The notes below the pieces were generated by a model. It was not told the DNA's origin. It worked only from the letters and a program-made list of their open reading frames with translations, and did no database searches. A DNA stretch of 64,000 nt from Promethearchaeota archaeon (GTDB taxonomy: Archaea > Asgardarchaeota > Lokiarchaeia > Sigyniarchaeales > SOKP01): NCBI GenBank assembly GCA_018238625.1, contig JABCSY010000008.1:1-64000 (forward strand). Reading direction: 5' to 3'. Within the stretch, counting starts at the first letter, position 1, and the number at the start of each line of letters is the position of its first letter. Below are positions 27,785-37,219 of this stretch, piece by piece. Made by a program: the position numbers and the translations under genes.

Positions 27785-28474
27785 ATGGATATAGCAAGAT
27801 TCATTCAAGTTTTTATAGTTCAAGGGTTAACCGGTTTATTTTATCTGTTTATAGCGTATAGAATTTTAAAGAGAGAATCGAAAGGACCTAACCTTATATT
27901 AAGTGGATTTTATTTATCTGTGGCTTTTGCTGTTATTATAAATGTGATTTACGCGTTCATTTTAGTAGAATTCGTTGTCCATATACTACACTTTTTAACT
28001 TACTATCTGCTGTGCCTTTCTTTAATCTTCTTACTCATTTTTGTATTATTAGTTGACAAATCGGACAAGGTTATAACTCCCAAAATTCAATTAGTATTAA
28101 TAATTTCATTTGGCGTTCTTTTACTTGGCCTATGGTTTATACCAGACGGTATTGTAATTAATGCAAGTACGGATTGGAAACCCGAGTGGAGTTGGCCTTT
28201 CTTAACCTATAGTTTTATTATTTGTAGCTCGATAGCTATTGTTCCTACAACTTATTTTTCTTTAAAACTATATTTTAAATTCGAGTACAAGGAATTAAAG
28301 AAGAGATGGAAGTATTTTTTAGTTGGTATTTTCGCATATTTCTTTTTATTTTGTGGTACTACAATCTCCAATACATTAGCCGACCCAACTTTTAGGTTAA
28401 TATGGTCTCTCGCATCGTTACCGGTGCTTATTTTTCTGTACTTTGTTTATTATGGCGTTGCGAAGCAATTTTAA
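27785..28474 (+). CDS. Stand-alone 7TM protein (HisKA_7TM-like sensor fold)
   Basis: Seven hydrophobic helices; NLILSGFY, WKPEWS, KKRWKYF, YYGV; no cytoplasmic output domain. Confidence 0.75.
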   Translation: MDIARFIQVFIVQGLTGLFYLFIAYRILKRESKGPNLILSGFYLSVAFAVIINVIYAFILVEFVVHILHFLTYYLLCLSLIFLLIFVLLVDKSDKVITPKIQLVLIISFGVLLLGLWFIPDGIVINASTDWKPEWSWPFLTYSFIICSSIAIVPTTYFSLKLYFKFEYKELKKRWKYFLVGIFAYFFLFCGTTISNTLADPTFRLIWSLASLPVLIFLYFVYYGVAKQF

Positions 28475-28543
28475 TATTATTTCTATTTTTTACCATTCAA
28501 AAAATTACAAATTAAATTTTTTACTCCTCAATACAAATCAGAT

Positions 28544-28584
28544 TTAAATAGGAAAAATACAATTAAATAGGAAAAATACAATTA
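28544..28584. repeat. 19-bp perfect tandem duplication upstream of the second 7TM gene
   Basis: TTAAATAGGAAAAATACAA x2, then TTA. Confidence 0.9.
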
Positions 28585-28650
28585 TATGTTATCAAAATTA
28601 AAAAATTAAAAAATTTCAAACAATAAAAAAAATTCAAGTGAAGTCAAAAA

Positions 28651-29373
28651 ATGACTCTTTATGAAATGTCACCGGCTCGTATTATAACTGTATATGCAGC
28701 ACAAGGTTTTATGTGTCTTTTTTTCCTTTTTTTGGCCTACAAAATTCTCAAAAGAGATAGAAAACGACTAAACTTAATCTTTTCAGGGTTTTATATATCT
28801 CCCGCTATTGGATTTATTATAAATTTTATTTATGCCCCTCTTACCGATGTATCTGTTGTGCTAATGCTAAACTTTCTCACTAACTTCTTTATCTTCTATG
28901 CTGTAATATTTATTGTAGTTTTTAATTTAATTCTTTTAAAATCTGAAAAGGCAATTACGTCAAAGAAGCAACTAACAATTCTCATTTTGTACGGTATTGC
29001 TATGTTTTCAATGATAGGATTTTTATTATATCCTGTTCCTGGTTTTGGTGTTACTTTTAACGCAAATTGGAGCCCTATTTGGAGCGCCCCATTCTTCTTA
29101 TATCTTGTAGTAATCGAAACTATTGGAACATTTCCAGCACTTTATCTATCATTTCAGGTTTATAAGAAATTTGAAGATGAGCAAATAAAAAAGAAGTGGA
29201 AATTCTTTATATTCGGATTATGCTCAATTTTTATCTTTATGTATGGAATTTTTATTTCTAACGCTTTAAATATTGACATCTTTAGAACCGTAATAGGATT
29301 AGTAGGCTTGATATTAGCTCTTATAGGCGCTTATATGATGTACTATGGAGTGGGACGTCAAATAGAAAAATAA
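28651..29373 (+). CDS. Stand-alone 7TM protein, paralog of 27785
   Basis: NLIFSGFY, WSPIWS, KKKWKFF, YYGVGRQ. Confidence 0.75.
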   Translation: MTLYEMSPARIITVYAAQGFMCLFFLFLAYKILKRDRKRLNLIFSGFYISPAIGFIINFIYAPLTDVSVVLMLNFLTNFFIFYAVIFIVVFNLILLKSEKAITSKKQLTILILYGIAMFSMIGFLLYPVPGFGVTFNANWSPIWSAPFFLYLVVIETIGTFPALYLSFQVYKKFEDEQIKKKWKFFIFGLCSIFIFMYGIFISNALNIDIFRTVIGLVGLILALIGAYMMYYGVGRQIEK

Positions 29374-29535
29374 TTTTTATTAAAATCTTTCCTTTTTTTT
29401 ATCATCTCAAATTTTATCTTTTAGTATTGCAATTAATTATTATAGATAAATTCAAAATTAGCGTAAGTTAAAATTCATTTTAATTCATTCAAGTAGTAAT
29501 ATTTATCATTCTTAAGTGTAATAATACATATAAAA

Positions 29536-29892
29536 GTGTTTTTTATGTCTAGTGAGCTCGAACGGGTTAGAGGTGTTGGACCAATAGCTGCTATAAACCT
29601 CAATAAAGCAGGTGTGAATACAATTGAAGAGGTCGCAAACTCTACAACCGAACAGCTAGCATGGATTAAGGGCATTGGTATCATCTCGGCGAAAAAAATA
29701 ATAGAAAACGCAAATGAATTACTTCAACTAGAGAAAAGCATCCAGAAAGTTTTAGATTCCATAAAAGAGAACTTTGTAAAAAACTGTCCAAAATGCGGCG
29801 GGGATATGAAAAGCAAATATATTATTCTTGGACCTGATAGGCGAATAAAAGCAAAACAATGTACTGTTTGTAAGTTTTATTTACCTGAATAA
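29536..29892 (+). CDS. Helix-hairpin-helix (RadA-N/HHH_5-like) + zinc-ribbon protein
   Basis: VRGVGP..L..AG..TIEEVA, IKGIG; CPKC...CTVC. Confidence 0.8.
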   Translation: MFFMSSELERVRGVGPIAAINLNKAGVNTIEEVANSTTEQLAWIKGIGIISAKKIIENANELLQLEKSIQKVLDSIKENFVKNCPKCGGDMKSKYIILGPDRRIKAKQCTVCKFYLPE

Positions 29893-29918
29893 TCTTGTTC
29901 AATTAAAAAAGTCAAGGC

Positions 29919-30878
29919 TTACATTCCTAATCCAAATAGAAATACGAAGGCCATAGCATAAAGGAATATAAAAAATATTCCCGCTTTTTTGTCCATTTTT
30001 TTTCTGGCTGCTACTACAACAATTACAATTATACTAACAAAGAGCGTATATAAAACCGTAGGTACCGCTAATTCTGCTGAGACCGCTTGAGGGAAGAAGA
30101 CCTGGCCAATACCTATAGATAAAGTAGAATCTACTATACAAGACCCGACTATATCTCCAATTGCAATGGAATGATGCCCGTGACGAAGGGCGTGTACGTC
30201 AACGACGAGTTCTGGTAGCGATGTTCCTATTGAGAGTATGAAGAAACTAATGATATATTCGTGAATACTTAGAGCTTGCGATATATAAATAACAGATTCT
30301 ACGATGGCATAGGAGCCAATTGTGACGCCCCCAAAACCAATTGCAGCAAACAAAAGTAGAAATTTTTTACTCTTCGTTGGTTGCGTCGTTTCTATCAATT
30401 CTACCCTGTGCATTATACTCTCCTTATTAGCGTTAAATATCAACCAAAAATAAATTACAAGGCTGAAAACCATAAATAGCGCGTTTAAACGAGTAATGTA
30501 TCCTTTCTCAACAACAGAAAAGATCAATAATAAAGACAGAACTTCGCAAGAACCTAATATAATTATGTCCTTTCTATTAACATGAAACGCACCACAAATT
30601 AGTGGCAGAAGTCCAAAAACTAAAGTGAGTTGCGTGAGATCTGAACCAACAGAATCTCCTACGTCGATATCTCCGTGACCTAAAGAACATGAAATAATTG
30701 AATTAAAAATTTCAGAAATATCAGTGCCTATGGAGACTAAAGTCACTCCAATTATTAATGGTGATATCCCTAAGGCTGTTGCAAGTAAAGCTGAGTTTTT
30801 TACGGCAAATTGACTAGAAAAGATTATAACAACAACTCCTCCTATGAGAATAAAAAAAGCTACGATTATTTCAAACAT
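29919..30878 (-). CDS. Na+/Ca2+ antiporter, CaCA (YrbG-like) family
   Basis: Two alpha repeats SIGTDISE..GDSVGS and SIGTSLPE..GDIVGS. Confidence 0.92.
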   Translation of the reverse strand: MFEIIVAFFILIGGVVVIIFSSQFAVKNSALLATALGISPLIIGVTLVSIGTDISEIFNSIISCSLGHGDIDVGDSVGSDLTQLTLVFGLLPLICGAFHVNRKDIIILGSCEVLSLLLIFSVVEKGYITRLNALFMVFSLVIYFWLIFNANKESIMHRVELIETTQPTKSKKFLLLFAAIGFGGVTIGSYAIVESVIYISQALSIHEYIISFFILSIGTSLPELVVDVHALRHGHHSIAIGDIVGSCIVDSTLSIGIGQVFFPQAVSAELAVPTVLYTLFVSIIVIVVVAARKKMDKKAGIFFIFLYAMAFVFLFGLGM

Positions 30879-31177
30879 TAAATTACATCCTCTTTATAAA
30901 ATATTCCGTTGTATCGTAAATCCCAAAATAGAATTCATCAAGAAATACCAACTAAGTTTATCGGTCTAACTTGAATTAGCGTCTAAAAACATTTTTGAAT
31001 AAATGATATTGCAGCTTAATTTTCGAGATTAATTGAATAAAAATTCAAATTATTTAAAGTAGTGTACCATTCATCATTTAGCTGTAAATTATTTAAATAT
31101 TATCTTTTTTCTTTGCAAAAATTACTTGGTTAAAAATTGACTTTAATTTCAGTAAAAACTTCTTGATTTTACTTCTT

Positions 31178-31930
31178 TCATAGTCTTTGGATTAATTCTG
31201 ACATTATTTCTCCTCCATTACCTCTTAAAAAGAGATCAGCAATATTATCCATTGCGGTACGCTCTCGATTTACGAAGATTACTTTTGCTCCACTTTCTTT
31301 CGCGATAGAAGGTAAAAGGTTTGCTGGGGATATCAGTAAAGAGCTTCCTATCATCAGAAAACAATCACAAGATCTACAAGCGTTCATTGCTCTTTCTATC
31401 ACGCTTGGGCGCAATGGTTCTCCAAATAGCACTACTTTTGGTTTTATATACCCACTACATTCACAAACGGGATATTTAACGCTCTTAGTCTCAACTTCTT
31501 CAAATAGAAATTCTTTTTTACACCTAATACACTCTAATTTTTCATAAGAACCGTGTAATTCGTAAATTGGTAGATTAGTATAAGTTCCACTTCCCGCGCG
31601 TTTATGTAGTACGTCTACATTTTGAGTGATTATTGCAATCATTTTTCCTAGCTTTTCCAGCTCAACAATCGCGTAATGAATTTGATTCGGCTTCGCGTTA
31701 ACTACGATGTCGACTAATTCGTTGTGCATAGTCCAGAACTTGCTCGGATCTTCTAGAAAGTAGCGGTAGCTCGCATAAATCGAAGGGTCGTAGCGAGACC
31801 ACAAACCCCCCTCGCTTCTAAAGTCTGCGATTCCAGATTCAGTTGAAGCTCCTGCTCCCGTAAACACAACGATTTTCTCGGAATTCTTTACGATTTCAGT
31901 TGCTTTCTTTAGGCTTTCTTCATTAGACAT
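31178..31930 (-). CDS. cobB: Sir2-family NAD-dependent protein deacylase
   Basis: TGAGASTESGIADFR, TQNVD, ELHGS, KPKVVLFGE, IGSSL. Confidence 0.93.
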   Translation of the reverse strand: MSNEESLKKATEIVKNSEKIVVFTGAGASTESGIADFRSEGGLWSRYDPSIYASYRYFLEDPSKFWTMHNELVDIVVNAKPNQIHYAIVELEKLGKMIAIITQNVDVLHKRAGSGTYTNLPIYELHGSYEKLECIRCKKEFLFEEVETKSVKYPVCECSGYIKPKVVLFGEPLRPSVIERAMNACRSCDCFLMIGSSLLISPANLLPSIAKESGAKVIFVNRERTAMDNIADLFLRGNGGEIMSELIQRL

Positions 31931-31956
31931 TAAATCACAATAATAAATAATCTATT

Positions 31957-32652
31957 TTAAAAATTATAATATGTTCCAATATCGGCAAAAGTATATCTAG
32001 CATAAGTCCAAGTTCGTATTTTCCGTATAAATCGCGCGAATAATTTCCACGTCCATTTGATCTTTGCCTGGGATTGATATATATTTAACCATTCCTTCAG
32101 AACCTCTGCTTTGACATCATCGATGGTGTATTCAAATTGCAGATCCTTCGAATCTTCCTGAAATTTACCGTAGGAGGGAATAAAATAAACAAAGTATTCA
32201 ATATCTGCTAAGTTAAGTTCTTTCGCAGCGCCTACGGCTATATCGTGAGTAGCTTGATGGTCCGCGTGAAAGTTGTGAGTGCTTGGTAAAACCAATCTAT
32301 CGACACCTTTAATAATTGGCATTGCTTTTTCGATCCCTTCTTTTACATATTTCTGTCCGTCGGCATCGTGAAAATTAAATAAATGATGATTTTGATGAGG
32401 AAGCCCCAAAAATTCAATTGCATTTTTTGCTTCATTTGTCCTCATTTTGGCAACATCATCTTCGGTCATTTTGGCAACATCTTCGGAATACACATCGTTT
32501 CCAGATCTATAGCACGCTCTTCCGTCAGTGACGGTAATGATATGGATATCGTGTGTGTTTTCTTTAATCCATTCAAGGAGAATAGGGCCGGGTCCGAATA
32601 ACAAATCGTCCGGATGAGGTTCAAAAATAACGATCTTCAATATAAACTCCAA
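31957..32652 (-). CDS. PIG-L family deacetylase
   Basis: PHPDD, VTDG, R..EA..A..LG, HADH. Confidence 0.9.
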   Translation of the reverse strand: MEFILKIVIFEPHPDDLLFGPGPILLEWIKENTHDIHIITVTDGRACYRSGNDVYSEDVAKMTEDDVAKMRTNEAKNAIEFLGLPHQNHHLFNFHDADGQKYVKEGIEKAMPIIKGVDRLVLPSTHNFHADHQATHDIAVGAAKELNLADIEYFVYFIPSYGKFQEDSKDLQFEYTIDDVKAEVLKEWLNIYQSQAKIKWTWKLFARFIRKIRTWTYARYTFADIGTYYNF

Positions 32653-32868
32653 ATTAAGTTTTAAATAGTTCTTTGACTAACAATATAATTAAATTTGTAA
32701 TAAAAGTTTTTAAAATTTCAACAATAAACAAGTAAGAGAAAATAAATTTCGAGGTTAATTAAACAATATTTAAATGAGATATTGTATAAATTAACTTAAA
32801 ATTTAAACCAATTGATAATTAAAAGATTTAGGATTTTAAATTAAAACTTAAATATGTAGTGAATAATA

Positions 32869-34329
32869 ATGGCTAAAATAAAAAAACAAAAAGGATATGA
32901 GAATTCTAGGATTATCATGTCATCTTATGGAATGGCTCAGTTCTTCGGTCAATGGATCACAGGACCATTTGGATTATTTGTTTTCTTTTTCTATGAGGCA
33001 GAAATCGGATTGAATGTAGTATTATGCGGCACTGCTTTTATTATATTCTCATTGTGGAATGCTATTAACGATCCACTTATAGGTTATTTGCTGGAACGTA
33101 TAAAGATGCCATGGGAGAAAAGATGGGGAAAAAGATTTCCATGGATATTACTTATATCAATACCATGGCTTTTTTCTTACTTATCGATATTTTTAGTTCC
33201 ACCCAGTTGGTATGGTACGCCTCAGTTAGTAGCAAACAATCAATGGCTAATTTTTGCGTGGTTTTTGATTACACTTTGTTTATATGATACACTTTATACA
33301 CTTTGGAATGTAAATTCAAACGCACTTTATCCTGATAAATTTCAGAGTTTGGGTGAACGAAGAACAGCAACTACGATTGGAACTTTAATTGGTATGATGG
33401 GCATTGTCGCAGGATTCATTATTCCGCCTATGTTTGTTCAAAATTCATTTCCTGAAACTTATCGTTTAGCAGGTTGGATTAGCGTTGGATTAGGAATAAT
33501 ATTCTTCCTCTTAATGGTTCCTGGTGTCTTTGAAGGACCAAAATTAAGAGCCAGATATCAAGAATATAGGATGAAAGCTGAAGAACTAGAACGCGAACCA
33601 TTTTTAAAAAGTGTTAGAAGAGCAGTATCAGATCGTCGCTTTATGGTTAAAACTATATTTTTCTTTGGATATCAAACAGGTGTTGCTTTATTACAAGCTT
33701 CAGCATTTTATATGGTTATTTTTGTCTTAAACGAAGATTCAGGGTTTTTAAGCATTCTGATGGCATTTATGCTCCTTGGTGCTTTCGCTTCAGTACCTCT
33801 TTGGGGGTATTTTGCGCATAGAGTAAATAATAATAAAAAATTGAGTCTTTATGCTGGCTTGGCAATGTTTATAACTTTTTTACCAATTTTTTTCGTAGAT
33901 GGATTACTATTTTATCTCATAGCATTGTTCTTGTTTGGAATAGGTCTTGGGGGTCAGTGGGTAATGGACCCTCCAACTATGGGGGATGTTCTCGACGATC
34001 TAGCTGTTCGGACAGGAAAAAGACAAGCAGCACTCTATTATGGATATAATTTATTTTTCATTCGACTTAGTGGAACTTTTCAAGCGTTAGTATTTATTGT
34101 TGTTCATATCCTAACAAATTTTCCTGCAGGAGTACAAACTTATGAAGGTTTAGTTAGTGTGGTTGGAGCTGATAATGTTTTCTGGCCTTTATTGGGGATT
34201 AGAATCCATGCTGCTCTTATTCCAGCTATATTTGTGCTTATCACAATCTTAATTTTTTGGAAGTGGTATGATCTTACGCCAGACAAGGTTGCGGCAAATC
34301 AAGAAAAATTAAAAGAACTTGGTCTATAA
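32869..34329 (+). CDS. MFS transporter, GPH family
   Basis: WNAINDPLIG, WGKRFPW, GDVLDD..TGKRQ. Confidence 0.9.
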   Translation: MAKIKKQKGYENSRIIMSSYGMAQFFGQWITGPFGLFVFFFYEAEIGLNVVLCGTAFIIFSLWNAINDPLIGYLLERIKMPWEKRWGKRFPWILLISIPWLFSYLSIFLVPPSWYGTPQLVANNQWLIFAWFLITLCLYDTLYTLWNVNSNALYPDKFQSLGERRTATTIGTLIGMMGIVAGFIIPPMFVQNSFPETYRLAGWISVGLGIIFFLLMVPGVFEGPKLRARYQEYRMKAEELEREPFLKSVRRAVSDRRFMVKTIFFFGYQTGVALLQASAFYMVIFVLNEDSGFLSILMAFMLLGAFASVPLWGYFAHRVNNNKKLSLYAGLAMFITFLPIFFVDGLLFYLIALFLFGIGLGGQWVMDPPTMGDVLDDLAVRTGKRQAALYYGYNLFFIRLSGTFQALVFIVVHILTNFPAGVQTYEGLVSVVGADNVFWPLLGIRIHAALIPAIFVLITILIFWKWYDLTPDKVAANQEKLKELGL

Positions 34330-34555
34330 TTACAACTTTCATTTTTTTTTTTATAAAAGTATTAAAAATAATATCTACAGAATTTCTTTTATTTATTATA
34401 TTTCTATTTTACTGTGTAAACTGCAAAACTTTAAAGAAATATTCAATAAACATTTTAAAAAAAAAAAGATTATATGGAACTTCACGAATTACGCACGCTA
34501 CTAATGTTAAACCTGCAAAAGTGTATAGGGATTGGGAGTTTTATTCGAACATAAG

Positions 34556-35602
34556 TCACCAACGCCAATAAATATCTTCAGCGTGACCTAACATCTTTTC
34601 AATATGAATCTTTTCTCCATTATCTAAAACTAGGTCGCCAGAAAAAAAGCCGTGCATCAAGGAAGAGTTAAGATAAATTAAGCCAAAATTCATTTTTTCT
34701 CTGTGTGGTATAATTGGTTCAATCACCATATTAAACCTATTATCGTTGCTCGTAAATTTCCAAGGTTTAGTAGGATCACGATTTTCGTGGTGGAAGGTAA
34801 CCTCATCAAATTTATGAGCTTTTCCATCGTAGAAAATGATGTTTTCCGTATGGGTTGCCCCTTCTTTACTACCGACTGAACCGAAACCATAGCCAATGTT
34901 AAAAGCAACTGGCACTCCAGAGACAAGTCCGCAACCAGAAGCCCAAAGCCAATGCGTTTTATAAGGCCATATCCCGCGCCCCCAGTCCATGAGACCAAAA
35001 GATGTTTCAGGTTCAAATGTATACGATTTATCTCCAATCGCAATAGAGCCCTCTGCAGGCATGTAATTAATCTTATGGTTATAGTAAAACAACCTTGGAT
35101 CGTTATATCCAGTAACGACCACAGTGTTATCCATTTTAGGGTCGTCATTAAGAGTGATTGAACCTTTTAACCCTTTATTTTGAAAGGAGGGGTCGTCAAT
35201 AGTAAGAATTCGTTTATTGCCTTGTTTCGAGATAGTAGCGTTAAATTTTTTGGTTGGAAACTCAATAACGCTATCTTCTAAAGAGTTTAAGGGGAGAACT
35301 TTAGATTTTGTAAAGAATTTAAACAAACCTCTACCGTTTCTTTTAATGTTTTTAAAATCGAGCCATACATAACTCATTTGAGTCAAATACCCTATATCTC
35401 CTATAGTTAACTGAAATCCAAAGTCCTTGTTTAATACAGAAAAATGGTCCCATTCTTTTATTCTCGTCCAACCTTTACCTATTTTTTCCTTATTGTATTT
35501 TAATAAAGGTTTTCTTGCCCATCCGCGTTGAACAAGCGAACCATCGTCGTTAAATAGGTTTGAGGGTTCTATTATCTCATTTTGATTACCCATAACTTTC
35601 AC
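34556..35602 (-). CDS. DUF2804 family protein
   Basis: GWAR, RIKEWD, FYYNHKIN, DWGRGIWPY, FNIGYGFG, ENIIF, terminal RW. Confidence 0.85.
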   Translation of the reverse strand: MKVMGNQNEIIEPSNLFNDDGSLVQRGWARKPLLKYNKEKIGKGWTRIKEWDHFSVLNKDFGFQLTIGDIGYLTQMSYVWLDFKNIKRNGRGLFKFFTKSKVLPLNSLEDSVIEFPTKKFNATISKQGNKRILTIDDPSFQNKGLKGSITLNDDPKMDNTVVVTGYNDPRLFYYNHKINYMPAEGSIAIGDKSYTFEPETSFGLMDWGRGIWPYKTHWLWASGCGLVSGVPVAFNIGYGFGSVGSKEGATHTENIIFYDGKAHKFDEVTFHHENRDPTKPWKFTSNDNRFNMVIEPIIPHREKMNFGLIYLNSSLMHGFFSGDLVLDNGEKIHIEKMLGHAEDIYWRW

Positions 35603-35710
35603 TTTAAATTTGTTTAAGAATATTAATATTTCAAGTTTTAAAAAAATAAAGATTGTTGTTTGTGTTTGTTTTTTCCTACTGTTAAAAATCTTAAAAAAAA
35701 ATATGGAAGA

Positions 35711-37108
35711 TTATTCTATTTTCTGACAGATTAGGTCTATTTTTTCAATTGTCCCGTCAACAATTTCGTTAGAGTGAAGAATACACATGTAAAATCTACT
35801 TCCAGCTACAGAAATGATTTCTTGATCCACTAAAGCGGCACCAATATGTTCCATAAACTTTTTCCTTGACGGGAGCTGACCTACTTGTTCAGAAATGTCA
35901 AAACTTAAACCAAAAAGGCACGATGTATGAAAGTGAACTGTACCGCCAAGATTATATGAAAACCACGGTAATTCATATTTAGCGAAAACTTCATTTAACC
36001 CATTTGCTAATCGAGCTCCTGCCTTTCCAACTTTTTCTGTTGCACCCGTTTCCTCAACTAATTTCATCGCATGATAAGCAGCGGCACATGTTAAAGGATT
36101 TGCTGCTAATGTCCCTCCACTATAAGCTCTTTTTCCACCACCCACTCCAGCTGCGCAAAAGCGCATTATTTCTTCCTTACCACCAATAGCGGCCGCAGAA
36201 GGATATCCATGTCCTACAATTTTCCCAAAAACAGATAAATCAGGAGTATAACCGTAATATGCTTGACCCCCACCCATATGCAACCTAAAAGCGCACACAA
36301 CTTCGTCTGAAATCAATAATGCTCCATTTTCGCGGCACAATTCTTCTACTTCTTTATTGAAACCAAGTCTTACGGGATTGGCTCCTGACTCGCCCCCCAT
36401 AGGCTCGATAATTACGGCAGCTACTTTGCGCTTCTCTTTAAACATCTGGCGCAACATTTCAATGTCGTTGGGAGGGCAGGAATCCATCCATTTGAATATT
36501 GATTTTGGAATCCCATGTGATTCTAATAATTTTGTACCGGGCACATGCATGTCGTAAACCAATTGATCTGACCATCCGTGGTAGCTTCCACCGATTTTAA
36601 TAATCCATTTACGATTTGTAGCAACTCTGGCAATCCTTATAGCAAGCATATCGGCTTCCGTACCCGTTTGAAGCCATCTTATAACTTCACAAGATGGAAA
36701 ATGTTTCTGAAGTTCTTCAGCGGCAAGATATTCGTATTCGTTAGTTATTCCATGACATGGTCCAATATTCCGAATAACTTCGATAACCTTTTCCGTCAAA
36801 ACCGGATGATTATGACCAAGGATTATAGGTCCTCCGTCCATTAAATAATCAGTAAGTATAATATCATCTACAGTTTCCATGTAACAGTCAAAAACGCGCT
36901 TACTAGCTAAGGGGAATGGATAATTAAAAGCAAGGTTATGTTCTACACCTCCAGGGATTATTTTTCTTGCTCTCTCAAAAGCAATCTTTGATTTCGCATG
37001 ATTTTTCTCATACCTTTCTATTATTGCTTTTAATTCGTTTGGCTTAAATTTGCTAACAGGCAAATCAACAATATTTTTAATTTTAGTTATTTTTTCCTCA
37101 TATTCCAT
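35711..37108 (-). CDS. Class III PLP aminotransferase, glutamate-1-semialdehyde aminomutase-like
   Basis: IPGGV, GPIILGH, TGTEA, YHGWSD, ISDEV, FGKIVG, GTLAANP. Confidence 0.88.
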   Translation of the reverse strand: MEYEEKITKIKNIVDLPVSKFKPNELKAIIERYEKNHAKSKIAFERARKIIPGGVEHNLAFNYPFPLASKRVFDCYMETVDDIILTDYLMDGGPIILGHNHPVLTEKVIEVIRNIGPCHGITNEYEYLAAEELQKHFPSCEVIRWLQTGTEADMLAIRIARVATNRKWIIKIGGSYHGWSDQLVYDMHVPGTKLLESHGIPKSIFKWMDSCPPNDIEMLRQMFKEKRKVAAVIIEPMGGESGANPVRLGFNKEVEELCRENGALLISDEVVCAFRLHMGGGQAYYGYTPDLSVFGKIVGHGYPSAAAIGGKEEIMRFCAAGVGGGKRAYSGGTLAANPLTCAAAYHAMKLVEETGATEKVGKAGARLANGLNEVFAKYELPWFSYNLGGTVHFHTSCLFGLSFDISEQVGQLPSRKKFMEHIGAALVDQEIISVAGSRFYMCILHSNEIVDGTIEKIDLICQKIE

Positions 37109-37219
37109 AAAAATCCCTTTAAATTATTAAATGGTAAAGCCAATTAAAAAGACTTATTTTAAATAGGAAAGCCTTCCATAAAAAAATCTTTATTTACTTT
37201 AAGAACATTTATATTTAAT

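Noticed and set aside
27785-29373. Rhodopsins (schizo- or heliorhodopsin)
   Set aside because: No retinal-binding Lys in the middle of TM7 and no RYxxW-type TM3 motif.
31178-31930. Sir2 as an anti-phage (Thoeris/DSR-type) effector
   Set aside because: It is a canonical stand-alone CobB-type sirtuin with a Zn-binding domain in a housekeeping context.
35711-37108. hemL assignment
   Set aside because: The family is right, but the context has no tetrapyrrole genes and several motifs diverge, so no symbol was given.
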